DNA of 64,000 nucleotides from Nitrosopumilus sp. (lineage in GTDB: Archaea; Thermoproteota; Nitrososphaeria; Nitrososphaerales; Nitrosopumilaceae): the NCBI GenBank assembly GCA_965204345.1, contig OZ241981.1, positions 1,344,001 to 1,408,000 of the forward strand, in the 5' to 3' direction. The position numbers were made by a program, and so were the translations under genes. Under the pieces are notes generated by a model. That model was not told where the DNA came from. It was given only the letters and a program-made list of their open reading frames with translations, and searched no databases. This document shows positions 10,942-21,094 of this stretch, piece after piece; the stretch's first letter is position 1, and the number at the start of each line of letters is the position of its first letter.

Positions 10942-11185
10942 TGACTGTATGATAAATTTAGGAAAAATAAACCTTGAACCCCATTTCTGATTTTTCTTAT
11001 AAATAAATTAATCATAAAATAATGTTGTACAGACACAACCGTTTGATGCCCTAAAATCAACTCTGTTTTTTGACAAAATCAGCCAATCTTGTTGATGCTA
11101 AAACAATTTCTGAATAGAACACCCTTGTAGATTATTTATAAAAATGGGATTCATTTAAAATGTACATCAATTTTTGAAAAATTAA

Positions 11186-12250
11186 TTGATTGAACAAACC
11201 CCAGACACATCTTCATCCCTTAGGACAATAGAATGGAAAGATAACCATGTTGTAATGATAGATCAGACCAAATTGCCAAATGCATTAATTTTTGTAGAAT
11301 ATGATGATTTTAACCAAGTTGCAAATGCCATCAAGACTTTGGTAGTTAGGGGTGCTCCTGCAATTGGGGTATCTGGTGCATTTGGATTAGGATTGGCTGC
11401 CTTACAAAGCAAAGCAACAACAAAAGAAGAACTGCTCTTGGATTTAGATAATGCAAGAAAAATCCTCTTTGCAACCAGGCCTACTGCAGTAAATTTGGGT
11501 TGGGGACTGGAAAAAGTCATGAATGTTGCAAAGACTGGGAATACTCCAGAACAAATCAGGGAGTTGGTAATTTCAACTGCTAAAAAAATGGCAGATGAAG
11601 ATATAGAGATCAACAAGGCTATGGGAAAGAATGGATCCTCCCTTTTTGATAATAATGACACCATAATGACTCATTGCAATGCAGGTGCACTAGCTACTGT
11701 TGCTTATGGAACCGCTTTGGGTGTTATTCGTGCAACAAGGGAAAGTGGGAAAAATGTCAAAGTCATAGCTACTGAAACCAGACCAATCCAACAGGGTTCA
11801 AGATTGACCGCATTTGAATTAAAGCATGATGGCTTTGATGTCAGTCTAGTTCCCGATACTGCTGTTGGCTATTCGATGGCTAATGGCTTAGTTAACAAAG
11901 TTGTCGTAGGTGCAGACAGAATTGTAAAAACAGGTCATGTTTTTAACAAAATTGGAACATATCAAGTGGCAACAATGGCAAAACAGCACGGAATTCCATT
12001 TTATGTTGCCGCACCACTGTCTACAATTGATCTAGAAACTAATGCCAAAGATGTAATAATTGAAATGAGAAAAGGGATGGAGGTAACAGGCACAGGTGAT
12101 AAAAAAACTGCACCTGACGATATTGGCGTGATAAATCCTGCGTTTGACATGACTCCGCCTGACCTAATTTCCGGAATTATCACTGAAAAGGGCGTGGCTA
12201 CTGCCCCCTATGACGAATCCATTCCAAAATTATTTGAAGCTAATAATTAG
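11186..12250 (+). CDS. mtnA: Methylthioribose-1-phosphate isomerase
   Basis: VRGAPAIG, TRPTAVNL, THCNAGALAT, ETRP..QGSRLT, NPAFDMTP. Confidence 0.93.
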   Translation: MIEQTPDTSSSLRTIEWKDNHVVMIDQTKLPNALIFVEYDDFNQVANAIKTLVVRGAPAIGVSGAFGLGLAALQSKATTKEELLLDLDNARKILFATRPTAVNLGWGLEKVMNVAKTGNTPEQIRELVISTAKKMADEDIEINKAMGKNGSSLFDNNDTIMTHCNAGALATVAYGTALGVIRATRESGKNVKVIATETRPIQQGSRLTAFELKHDGFDVSLVPDTAVGYSMANGLVNKVVVGADRIVKTGHVFNKIGTYQVATMAKQHGIPFYVAAPLSTIDLETNAKDVIIEMRKGMEVTGTGDKKTAPDDIGVINPAFDMTPPDLISGIITEKGVATAPYDESIPKLFEANN

Positions 12251-12286
12251 AAAGTTTTTATTGTTTTTCAAACTGCCGTATATGAT

Positions 12287-12925
12287 ATGAGCACTGTTTC
12301 TACACAGGCAATTGAAGAATCACTCAAGCAGTGTATGGATCCAGAAGTGCCGCTAAACATTGTCGAAATGGGCCTAATTTATGGAATTGATGTCACAGAA
12401 AATAATGACGTAAACATCAAAATGACAATGACTACACAAGGGTGTCCCTTGCATGAGACTCTAGTTGAGGATGCCACGAGATTTGCTAAAAAGGTACCAG
12501 GAGTAAACAATGTCAAAATCGACATTGTATGGGAACCTGCATGGTCAATGGATAAAATGACTGAAGAAGGAAAATTAAAAATTAAAAATATGGGCGTTGC
12601 CATGAATACCCCTGCCCCAATAAATTATGAAACTGCTTTGCCGCAGGGTGTTGGAAAGCTGGTTCAACAGGAAGATGGCTCTATGGTATTGGCAAATGAA
12701 CATGAACAAGGATTTATGGTTAATCAGGCAATTGTAGACTTTTGGAAATCATGTAATGGGGAACGAAAAGTTACCGAACTAGTAGAAGTGTTTGCCCAAC
12801 AAACTGGATTACAAAGAAAACAAGTTGAAAAAGAAGTCATGCAATTACTACAACAATTACGTGATGGCGGATTAATTGCAATTGCAGGACAGCCAGACAC
12901 TCCAAACGTCGAATTTAAAAAATAA
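12287..12925 (+). CDS. DUF59/Fe-S assembly domain fused to PqqD-like domain
   Basis: DPEVPLNIVEMGLIY, TMTTQGCP, VWEPAWS; PqqD-like C-terminus. Confidence 0.85.
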   Translation: MSTVSTQAIEESLKQCMDPEVPLNIVEMGLIYGIDVTENNDVNIKMTMTTQGCPLHETLVEDATRFAKKVPGVNNVKIDIVWEPAWSMDKMTEEGKLKIKNMGVAMNTPAPINYETALPQGVGKLVQQEDGSMVLANEHEQGFMVNQAIVDFWKSCNGERKVTELVEVFAQQTGLQRKQVEKEVMQLLQQLRDGGLIAIAGQPDTPNVEFKK

Positions 12926-12927
12926 TC

Positions 12928-13326
12928 CTAGTCTAATCCCTGTCTAGGCCTTCCAGACTTTCTCTTGGTTTTGGGTCTGCCTACTTTACGCTCTTTTCTA
13001 ATGTTCTTTGTTTTTTCTTTGAGATCCATTCCTTTTTCAAAAAATTCCCATATCATAATCTTTACCAGTTTTGAAACTTTTTGTTCCAAATTTCTTTGGT
13101 AATCTGGACTGTTTAAAATTTCCCCCAAATTCTTCCCACCAATTGCAATGTCCTTTTCTTCAAGGGCATCCCCAACTAACTCTTTTGCCATTGTTAAACC
13201 CACATAGAACTTTACTCCTGACCGAATAATTTCATTGTAACTTAATTCGTACTGCTCTTTAATTCTTTTAATCTCTTCAAATTCATCATCTGGAAACCTT
13301 GCCCTAAGGGTATTCCATTCTGTCAT
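12928..13326 (-). CDS. Hypothetical protein (RHH-like N-terminus, basic AT-hook-like tail)
   Basis: 132 aa ORF; RKVGRPK/GRPR motifs. Confidence 0.65.
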   Translation of the reverse strand: MTEWNTLRARFPDDEFEEIKRIKEQYELSYNEIIRSGVKFYVGLTMAKELVGDALEEKDIAIGGKNLGEILNSPDYQRNLEQKVSKLVKIMIWEFFEKGMDLKEKTKNIRKERKVGRPKTKRKSGRPRQGLD

Positions 13327-13371
13327 GAAACAAGAAAGTATTCTATACTAATAACTTCTTAGATTTTTATT

Positions 13372-14019
13372 TTAGAATATGTGATTTGAACTAGCGCCAT
13401 CAAAGTTTATTGTAACGCCAGAAAGATATTTTATGTTGTTTTGAATTATTGATTTGACAAAATTCCCAATTTCTTCAGGTTTGCCTAATCTACCCATAGG
13501 CAATGTCTTTTCAAACTCTTTGACATTCTCTATTAATTCTTGAGTTCTGTCCGTATTGATAGGACCGGGGGCAATGTTGATACAACTAATATTCTTTTTA
13601 GCGTATTCCTTACTCATTACTTTGAAAACTTCAGAAAATGCACAACGATATGCTGAAGAAACTATCAGTTTTGCGTTTGGTTCTTTTATTACATTAGAAC
13701 TGATTAAAAAGATATACCCTCCATCATTAATTTTGATATTTTGTAAAATTATAACAAATCCCAAAAACAACTGATTGTGGTATAATTTCCAGTCTTCTTC
13801 TGTAATACTTGAAAATGGTTTAGGAATAGGGCCTCCGGTATTCAGAACCAGAATGTCTGCCTGGCTATGATTTCCAACAAATTTTTTCACACTATCCAAA
13901 TTTGACGTATCAATATCTGTTTTTGATGCTGCAAAAACGTCAATTTCTATATCTCTGAGTGAATCACAAATGGCCTTACCTATTCCTCGCGAACCTCCAA
14001 GAACAATTGCACTAGTCAT
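13372..14019 (-). CDS. SDR family oxidoreductase
   Basis: GGSRGIG, NIAPGPINT, PMGRLGKPEE. Confidence 0.9.
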   Translation of the reverse strand: MTSAIVLGGSRGIGKAICDSLRDIEIDVFAASKTDIDTSNLDSVKKFVGNHSQADILVLNTGGPIPKPFSSITEEDWKLYHNQLFLGFVIILQNIKINDGGYIFLISSNVIKEPNAKLIVSSAYRCAFSEVFKVMSKEYAKKNISCINIAPGPINTDRTQELIENVKEFEKTLPMGRLGKPEEIGNFVKSIIQNNIKYLSGVTINFDGASSNHIF

Positions 14020-14103
14020 GTTATTTTCAAAACAAACTTGATGATTAAATTTCTTTAGTTAACAAAATACTTTTTGTTAAATGGAAAACCATACTCTAGA
14101 TGT

Positions 14104-14564
14104 ATGAAAACGCTTCAAAAAACTCTTAGAAAGACACTCAGTAGAGAGGAATTCATTAAAAAATTCTATAATAAAAGCAAATCTTTAGGCTCTAAAAGAA
14201 TATTCTTACTTCAGTTTTAATCTTTTTGATAATTTTTGTACTGATGTATACGGTGATAATTCCGAAAGATTGTTGACATAACTTAGAGGCAATATGGGTG
14301 ACGCACATACAATTTTCTTCAAGATTTCATCAAATACATGGAAGAAAACAAACTCAAACTCAAAACAATTGCTTCCTATTTCAGTATTTTGAGAATATTC
14401 CTTAGAAGAAATCAAGATTAGTTCAGATGACATTAAATATCTGATTACATCGCCTACTATTATTCAGGAGTTATGAATTCACTAACTAAAGATCATCTAA
14501 AATTATTATTAGATTATTCAAACCCTGATCGTAAGACATTATATCTCATCTTGCCTCTGTTCTG
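14104..14564 (+). pseudogene. Degraded tyrosine recombinase/integrase (N-terminal part)
   Basis: Manual translation across frameshifts: SREEFIKKFYNKSKS...LQDFIKYMEENKLKLKTIASYFSILRIFL...LTKDHLKLLLDYSNPDRKTLYLIL, ending just before the expected catalytic Arg box. Confidence 0.6.
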
Positions 14565-14779
14565 AAGAAAAATCTCATAAAATGACTATGATGGAAGAGA
14601 TTTAGAATATTATCCAGTAAGACTGTGGAAAATGCTATTTGGAAATTGGTTTAGAGTGGCAGGTTGTTTTACATATGAAAATACAAATTCTCAAATCTAA
14701 TCTTCAATACAAATTATGTCTAAATGTAGCATTCTAAGAAATATCATTTCAGAATTGATTATAGATACAAATTCTCAAA

Positions 14780-14871
14780 GTCATTTTGGAATATATAAAG
14801 AACCGTTCACCAGGTCATTTTGGAATATATAAAGAACCGTTCACCAGGTCATTTTGGAATATATAAAGAAC
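14780..14871 (+). repeat. Tandem 34-bp repeat x2.7 (GTCATTTTGGAATATATAAAGAACCGTTCACCAG) containing a TATA-like box
   Basis: Exact copies 14780-14813 and 14814-14847, partial 14848-14871. Confidence 0.95.
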
Positions 14872-14877
14872 TGATCA

Positions 14878-16404
14878 GTGATGATAATTGTGATTAAAGA
14901 AACTGATGTGCGTGATTTGAATCCGTGGTGGAAAGATCGTTTGAATATTCATACAGATAAAAAAATCAGAGAGTGGGATGAATCTGTAATAAAATATGAC
15001 TCGAGATTAAGACATGTAATAAAATATGATTATGATCCAGATAATACTGTAGTTTACACTTTACGTGGACCTAGGCAAGTTGGTAAAACAACTCTAGTAA
15101 AATTACAAATCAGAGATTTTCTAGAACAAGGAATAGATCCATGGAATATTCTATACTATTCTCTTGATTTAGCTAATACTCAACAAGATGTTGTAGATTT
15201 AGCTGAAACTTATTTAAAAATAAGTAGTAGACAGAGAGGAAATAGACGTTCTTATTTGTTCTTAGATGAAGCATCATCTGTGACAGAATGGCAAAAAGGA
15301 ATTAAATGGTTAGTGGATAATGATAAATTAAATAATTGTACTGTAATGGCTACCGGCTCACAAGCTATCAATATTAAAAATGCTACTGAAAGATTACCAG
15401 GACGTAAAGGAACAATCAATGATAGTTATGATAAAGTTTTACTTCCTATGAAGTTTGTAGAATACGCATCACTGTTAAACAATAACATAAAGGAATTGAT
15501 TAATCAAAATGATTTAGTATCATTCAAACATAGAGAAGATATTTTTAAAAAATTAATTACAGGAGAAATTGATGAAAGATTAGATAAATTAAACACATAT
15601 CAAAATGAAATTAATAATTTACTAAATGAGTATATGCTAACAGGTGGAATTCCGAAAGTACTAAACGAAAGAATAAAAACAAATATAATTCATGAAAGTA
15701 TCTATACAAATTATTTAGAAAGTATTACTGGACAATGGAGTGAATTAGGAAAAAATGAAACATTGTTAAAACAATTCGGCGGTGCTATAATCAAAAGCTT
15801 AACGAGTCATATTTCTTGGACTAATCTTGCTAAAGAAGCTGCATTAGGAAGTCCAAATACCGCAACAGATTATGCACTTGCTTTGGACGATCTATTAGTT
15901 TTATCAATTATACATCTTTATGGAGAAGTGAAAAAAATACCTATAATTCAAAAAGACCGAAAATTCTATTTTCGTGATCCATTATTTGCACACATATTCA
16001 ATGGCTGGATAAATCCCAATGCTAATTTTGATACTAGTCTTAAATATCTAGAAGATGATGTTAATCAGAGCAGAATTATAGAAAGTATTGTTGCTGATCA
16101 CCTTATACGCTGGGCATTTTCAATGAGTAAAAAGAAACAGACCTATGATTACTATAATCATGTGTTTTATTGGAAAGATGACAAAAATAGAGAAGTTGAT
16201 TTTGTTCTATATGATGGGAATACAATAGAAATTCCTATTGAAGTGAAATTTCGAAATAAACTTGATCTTAAGGAATTAGCACCAATGGTAAATTTTCTTA
16301 CTAAAACAGGTAATGACAAGGGACTGGTTCTTTCAAAGTCACTATTTGATGTAAAAAAAGATTATGTGATAATTCCAACATCTTTATTTTTATTGTTAAT
16401 ATGA
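14878..16404 (+). CDS. AAA ATPase with DUF4143 / C-terminal PD-(D/E)XK-like domain
   Basis: GPRQVGKTT, LFLDE, TGGIP, KFYFRDP, EVDFV...PIEVK. Confidence 0.9.
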   Translation: MMIIVIKETDVRDLNPWWKDRLNIHTDKKIREWDESVIKYDSRLRHVIKYDYDPDNTVVYTLRGPRQVGKTTLVKLQIRDFLEQGIDPWNILYYSLDLANTQQDVVDLAETYLKISSRQRGNRRSYLFLDEASSVTEWQKGIKWLVDNDKLNNCTVMATGSQAINIKNATERLPGRKGTINDSYDKVLLPMKFVEYASLLNNNIKELINQNDLVSFKHREDIFKKLITGEIDERLDKLNTYQNEINNLLNEYMLTGGIPKVLNERIKTNIIHESIYTNYLESITGQWSELGKNETLLKQFGGAIIKSLTSHISWTNLAKEAALGSPNTATDYALALDDLLVLSIIHLYGEVKKIPIIQKDRKFYFRDPLFAHIFNGWINPNANFDTSLKYLEDDVNQSRIIESIVADHLIRWAFSMSKKKQTYDYYNHVFYWKDDKNREVDFVLYDGNTIEIPIEVKFRNKLDLKELAPMVNFLTKTGNDKGLVLSKSLFDVKKDYVIIPTSLFLLLI

Positions 16405-16458
16405 AAAATTGATGAGAATTTATGAATATAAAGTTACGAACCAATAAGATGGGAAGAG

Positions 16459-16575
16459 ATGAATGAAAGAACAACAGAGTATATTGTTAGAGATATCTTA
16501 CGAAAAAATAATGAAAAATACGAAAAAATTATAATTTATGAACAAAAAACAGATAAACCCTAGAATAGAAAAATA
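16459..16575 (+). pseudogene. N-terminal remnant of an N6-methylase/type IIB-IIG-like RM protein
   Basis: MNERTTEYIVRDILRK...IIIYEQKTD(N)PRIEK resembles the N-terminus of BcgI-like RM subunits; truncated. Confidence 0.45.
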
Positions 16576-16601
16576 ATTCAATTAGATTTTTTTAATACCA
16601 C

Positions 16602-16862
16602 TTAAATCTCTTTAATCTCTATAATTGTACCTAACACAGAATCCATTTGAACAATTGCCTTTTTCTCAGCCCATCCAAGTGCAACATACCAATCACCTGC
16701 ATCATCATGATATTTTGTTTCTAGCGTCTTGAGATCTTTTGGTTTAACGTTATATTTTTTTGCGATGCCTGAAATTGCTAGTGCAATCGCATCTTTTTCT
16801 TTTTCTAGCCGCCTTTTCATTAGGCCTATTCCTGGACTCATATTTTTCCTATATCCTTTCAT
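16602..16862 (-). CDS. Small hypothetical protein typical of Nitrosopumilaceae
   Basis: MSPGIGLMKRRL...GDWYVALGW. Confidence 0.7.
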   Translation of the reverse strand: MKGYRKNMSPGIGLMKRRLEKEKDAIALAISGIAKKYNVKPKDLKTLETKYHDDAGDWYVALGWAEKKAIVQMDSVLGTIIEIKEI

Positions 16863-16871
16863 CTAATATAG

Positions 16872-17027
16872 TTAATTGAGCTTGCTGATGCAGTTGGATA
16901 TTGTATTAATAGAAAAATTAACAATTATTCTGATTTTGATATTTTTTGGAATGAAATTTATCCTAAGTTTCGAACGAATTTAAATGGAAATCATATGGGA
17001 TATGGTTTTAAAATTTATCCAGAATAA
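16872..17027 (+). pseudogene. C-terminal remnant of DUF3800-like protein
   Basis: IELADAVGYCINR...FWNEIYPKFR...GYGFKIYPE-stop; no start. Confidence 0.55.
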
Positions 17028-17428
17028 AGGTCGATGATACATGATCACATAGCCGCAACCCATGTATCTTCTAGCGATACACAAGACCGCATCACTTATG
17101 GTAACTTGCCGTATTCTGTATAAATTATTATCGAATCAATTGTCCTACATATGTTGCTATTTTGATTCAATTTTGACTATGTATAAGATATCACTTGACT
17201 CCTCAAAACCATTGCTTTACAGTCCTTGGATAAATTCCGGACTTTGATAAAAATATGACAAAGTAGCTGAAAACCTTGCAAATGTCAACTCTGTTATTGC
17301 TTACCTCAGTGCTTATCTTAGATAATCACAAGGACTAAGTTAGTTTATAAAATTACTCATAGAATCTAATTTTTCTAATTATTACTTTTCCAATATTTCA
17401 AATAGCCCTATATTATCGTAAAAATAAA

Positions 17429-18022
17429 ATGAAATTAATTCAAAGACTTTCAAATTCGGCAATTACTAAATCCAGCACACTAGTTTCTCTAGTTTCAATC
17501 TTGGCAGTAGTTGGTTCTATTGTAATAGTCTCAGCAGGATTTTGGGATGCCATATCTCATCTTCAAAAAGAACCAGAATTTTTCTGGAGTCCTCCTCACA
17601 TTGTAGTTTATCTTGGCGTTTCAATGACTGCATGTGCCGCAATCATGGGATCTGCACTAGTAATTCAAAAATCGGTTCATGGCTCTCTTAAAACTGGAAT
17701 TAAGTTTGTCATTGTAGGTTCTGTATTACAGATTATTTCAGGTTTTGGTGATTCATTGTCTCATGATATCTTTGGAATTGATGGACTAATTTCATGGTCA
17801 CATCAGCCACTTGAATTAGGCCTGGTACTTGCATCATTGGGCGCAGTTTTGATATTAAAAAATAGAGAGCACACAAAACTAAAGGTATTTCTTCCATTCT
17901 CTATTGTTGCATTTTTGTTCTTTACAACTTGGTTGATATTTAATTTAGTTTTGTTTTTTGGGCATACAATCCAATGCATTCAAATTTATGAGATGTTTTC
18001 TTCAGGCTGTTCTATATTGTAA
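17429..18022 (+). CDS. Membrane protein
   Basis: Hydrophobic; WDAISH...FWSPPH and DSLSH..FGIDG..SWSH repeated motif. Confidence 0.75.
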   Translation: MKLIQRLSNSAITKSSTLVSLVSILAVVGSIVIVSAGFWDAISHLQKEPEFFWSPPHIVVYLGVSMTACAAIMGSALVIQKSVHGSLKTGIKFVIVGSVLQIISGFGDSLSHDIFGIDGLISWSHQPLELGLVLASLGAVLILKNREHTKLKVFLPFSIVAFLFFTTWLIFNLVLFFGHTIQCIQIYEMFSSGCSIL

Positions 18023-18498
18023 TTCTTTATTCTCATGTATGATATGATCATCATTCCGATGGATCCAACCAATATCATGATTCCTGACGGATACATTTTT
18101 TGAGAATTTGTATTGCCAAATTCTGTCTCTATGTCAACTGAATTTTCTGCTATGTTTGTGATTCTTAATGCATATTCTCCGTTCTCATCAAAATCAAAAT
18201 ATCCTACTGACATTTTTGTCTGAATCATCTGCTCTGAAATCACATTATCATTTTTATCTAATATCTGAACAAATATCTCTTCTCCTGAAAACTCAGGCAT
18301 GTATAATTTGTAATATCCGATATCAGCTCCTACAAATTCTGTTCTTGTCTCAAATGAACTTGATTGCTTTAGAGTAACCATGTCGTATTTTTTCTCCGTT
18401 TCATCAAAAATCAATGAGGTCCAAACCATCCCAACTACTACCATTGCTAATCCTATTTTGAATGGTGATATCTTCAATTCATCATGCTGAGAAATCAT
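17986..18498 (-). CDS. Membrane-anchored hypothetical protein
   Basis: N- and C-terminal TM helices; start moved downstream of the att-like site. Confidence 0.7.
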   Translation of the reverse strand: MISQHDELKISPFKIGLAMVVVGMVWTSLIFDETEKKYDMVTLKQSSSFETRTEFVGADIGYYKLYMPEFSGEEIFVQILDKNDNVISEQMIQTKMSVGYFDFDENGEYALRITNIAENSVDIETEFGNTNSQKMYPSGIMILVGSIGMMIISYMRIKNYNIEQPEENIS

Positions 18499-18517
18499 TT
18501 GCTTAATAAGATAATCT

Positions 18518-18541
18518 AAAGGGCTCGGAGGGCTTTGAACC
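18518..18541 (-). repeat. Duplicated 3' end of tRNA-Arg (att-like)
   Basis: AAAGGGCTCGGAGGGCTT identical at 18518-18535 and 19403-19420. Confidence 0.75.
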
Positions 18542-18754
18542 TTATGACTGACGGGCTCATACATCAAATATTGCGTGATTTATTCAAACTGTCTTTCTGT
18601 TTGTCTGAATGGAAGATGCCAGCAGGTACAAATGACAATATTCCAATACAGATAGGTCATTTTGCAGAAAAAAATCTGGACAACTCTGGCAAACACGAAT
18701 AACCTATTATTCATAACAAAAAAGAGGAAAAACATTACCACTTAAAAAACAGAA

Positions 18755-19292
18755 TTACTTTTCAAGTTCGTCTTGGATTTTATCCACTAATTCTTTCTCA
18801 CTCATCACCGTTTTCTCTGAATTTGATTTAGTTGCTTTGTTATCTTTTATCTTGTAGGAGCCATCAATTACACCAGAGATGTAATAGTCATTACCATACA
18901 TGGTGTCGGGTTCAAGATTGAGCATTAGTAGAACCTGATCTCCTATGTCAAATTCAGGATGTCCGGTATAATGTACCAAGTTATTATAAGTGCCTCCCAA
19001 TGCTTTGACTGCTACATACTCTGCCTTTTCAGATTTTTCATCTTTTAGAAATTGAGATGGACTGATTTCATAACTGGTCATCACATTTGGCGTATTTTCA
19101 ACAAGTTGCAGCGCAGCACTTTTTGATATTATCTCTCCCTTCAAAATCACATCTGAGAGTTCTGTTAATTCTTCAATACTGTATGGCTGAAATGTGGTAT
19201 GTGTTTCAATAGTCATTGGAATTATTCCTGCTGCAAACAATAATGGAATGGTTGCAATGACGCTTGGAATGATAATTTTTTTTGTTATTCAT
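18755..19292 (-). CDS. Secreted hypothetical protein; signal peptide start frameshifted in an A8 run
   Basis: SIEELTELSDVILKGEI..GGTY..F.IGDQVLLML; ATG 19292 is one base out of frame. Confidence 0.6.
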
Positions 19293-19404
19293 CTCTAATA
19301 CATCCTTCTGTTTTATGGATTCTCTATCTGCTTGATGACGGTTTCAGGCTTTGATATCAACGTATCATTTTATCCTAATTCATGTAATGAACCAGATAGA
19401 TAAA

Positions 19405-19479
19405 AGGGCTCGGAGGGCTTCGATCCCTCGACCTAGCGGTTCGAAGCCGCTCGCACTATCCAGACTGTGCAACGAGTCC
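19405..19479 (-). tRNA. tRNA-Arg(TCG)
   Basis: Cloverleaf; anticodon arm AGCGG-CTTCGAA-CCGCT; acceptor stem has one A.C mismatch. Confidence 0.9.
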
Positions 19480-19523
19480 AAACAAGTAAGATTTTAACGG
19501 GTGTAAATATCTGTCTAGATACT

Positions 19524-20699
19524 TTGAAGGTATCAAAAAAAGTGATCGGAGTCGAATATGCCATTAGAGACATTGTCCTGGCTGCTAGAAATGTCGAACA
19601 AAAAGGAATGCAAGTTGATTATCTTAACATTGGAGACCCTGTCCAATTTGGATTCCAACCTCCAGATAACGTAAAACAAGCTTTTATAGACGCAATTAAT
19701 CGAGGCGACAATTTCTATTCTACCTCTGAGGGTCTTCTAGAATTAAGACAGGAAATTGCCAAAAAAGAAAACTCCAAAGGACTCTCGATTTCTGCTGATG
19801 ATATTCTAATTACAAATGGAGTCTCTGAGGGGCTTGACATGGTTATTTCCTCAATTGTCGAAGAAGGTGACGAGGTATTGCTTCCAGGACCGTATTATCC
19901 GCCGTATGCCTCCTATGTCAGATTACACGGCGGGGTTCCTGTAGAGTTTGCAGTAGACTTGGATAATTCCACTCCGAATATTGATGATATCAAATCCAAA
20001 ATCACCTCAAAAACTGTTGCCATCTGCTTGATCAGTCCAAACAATCCTACGGGTGTCGTGTTTAATGAGCAGGCACTCAAAGAATTAGTTGATATTGCAA
20101 ATCAGCACAATCTCTACATTATCTGTGATGAGATTTATGATCAGATAGTATTTGATGAAAAATTTGTCGGAATTGGCAAAGTTGCCGGAGATTCCCCGGT
20201 AATAATTCTAAACGGATTCTCCAAAGTACATCTGATGTCCGGATGGAGAATTGGATACATTGCATTTAACCGGTCCCCCCAACTAAACGAACTGCGAGAA
20301 CATCTTCCGAAATTGGCAAGAGTCCGAATTGCTACCAGTCTTCCTGTTCAGTACGCTGCTTTAGAATCATTACGTGGGTCTCAAAATTATATTGATGATT
20401 TTGTTTCAGAAATGAAAAAACACAGAGACTTTGTTGTTAAACGACTAAATGAAATGCCCGGACTGTCATGTTCCAATCCAAAAGGCTCATTTTATGCATT
20501 TCCAAAAATTGAGGATAACCGATTTGAAACTGATAAAGAGTTTGTGACAAAGCTGTTAGAACAAAAAGGCGTGCTAACTGTCCATGGCTCTGGATTTGGG
20601 GAGCGATATGGAGGAGGTCATTTCAGACTGGTTTATCTTCCTGATCTCAAAACATTGGATTCTGCAATGAATAAGATCGAATCATTTGTTACTCAATAA
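19524..20699 (+). CDS. Class I/II PLP aminotransferase (alanine aminotransferase-like)
   Basis: LNIGDP, SPNNPTG, DEIYD, NGFSK..MSGWRIG; TTG 19524 chosen as start. Confidence 0.92.
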   Translation: MKVSKKVIGVEYAIRDIVLAARNVEQKGMQVDYLNIGDPVQFGFQPPDNVKQAFIDAINRGDNFYSTSEGLLELRQEIAKKENSKGLSISADDILITNGVSEGLDMVISSIVEEGDEVLLPGPYYPPYASYVRLHGGVPVEFAVDLDNSTPNIDDIKSKITSKTVAICLISPNNPTGVVFNEQALKELVDIANQHNLYIICDEIYDQIVFDEKFVGIGKVAGDSPVIILNGFSKVHLMSGWRIGYIAFNRSPQLNELREHLPKLARVRIATSLPVQYAALESLRGSQNYIDDFVSEMKKHRDFVVKRLNEMPGLSCSNPKGSFYAFPKIEDNRFETDKEFVTKLLEQKGVLTVHGSGFGERYGGGHFRLVYLPDLKTLDSAMNKIESFVTQ

Positions 20700-21094
20700 T
20701 CCCAAATAGTAAATTTTTCAGGAATAACTTCTATGATACAATCAGTGTCATCTAGTAATTCCCTTGCGGATTTATTCTCTAATGTCTGAAAATATCGCAA
20801 AAGAATTTTTTTTGCAATTACCTTGACTCTGGTTTTTTCCAAAATGAGACTTGCATTACCTTGTATTAGCACACCGTAAATGTCTGGTGCATTGACTCCC
20901 ACGTCTACACAGCAAGAAACCTTGCTGTTCTTTTTTACATTTCTTACCTTTACAGTTCTGGTATTACTTCCAACATAGAACTTCTTTCCGCTATACCTAT
21001 ACCAAACAGGCACAATGTGCGGAATATCGTTTTCACCTATTGTTGCCAACCGTAAAATCTTCTGTTCCTTTAAAAATTCATCCTTTTTGCCCAT
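20693..21094 (-). CDS. Pyridoxamine 5'-phosphate oxidase family protein
   Basis: LRLATI...PHIVPVWY, KVRNVKKNSKVS. Confidence 0.85.
   Translation of the reverse strand: MGKKDEFLKEQKILRLATIGENDIPHIVPVWYRYSGKKFYVGSNTRTVKVRNVKKNSKVSCCVDVGVNAPDIYGVLIQGNASLILEKTRVKVIAKKILLRYFQTLENKSARELLDDTDCIIEVIPEKFTIWDY

Noticed and set aside
11041-11112. Another repeat-spacer-repeat scar
   Set aside because: Weak similarity and ~50-bp period; could be chance in AT-rich DNA
14206-14433. Minus-strand 75-aa ORF
   Set aside because: Shadow of the plus-strand integrase remnant
14780-14871. CRISPR array
   Set aside because: Units are contiguous and identical, with no variable spacers
19467-19523. N-terminal extension of the aminotransferase
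   Set aside because: Overlaps tRNA-Arg; TTG 19524 is the more plausible start
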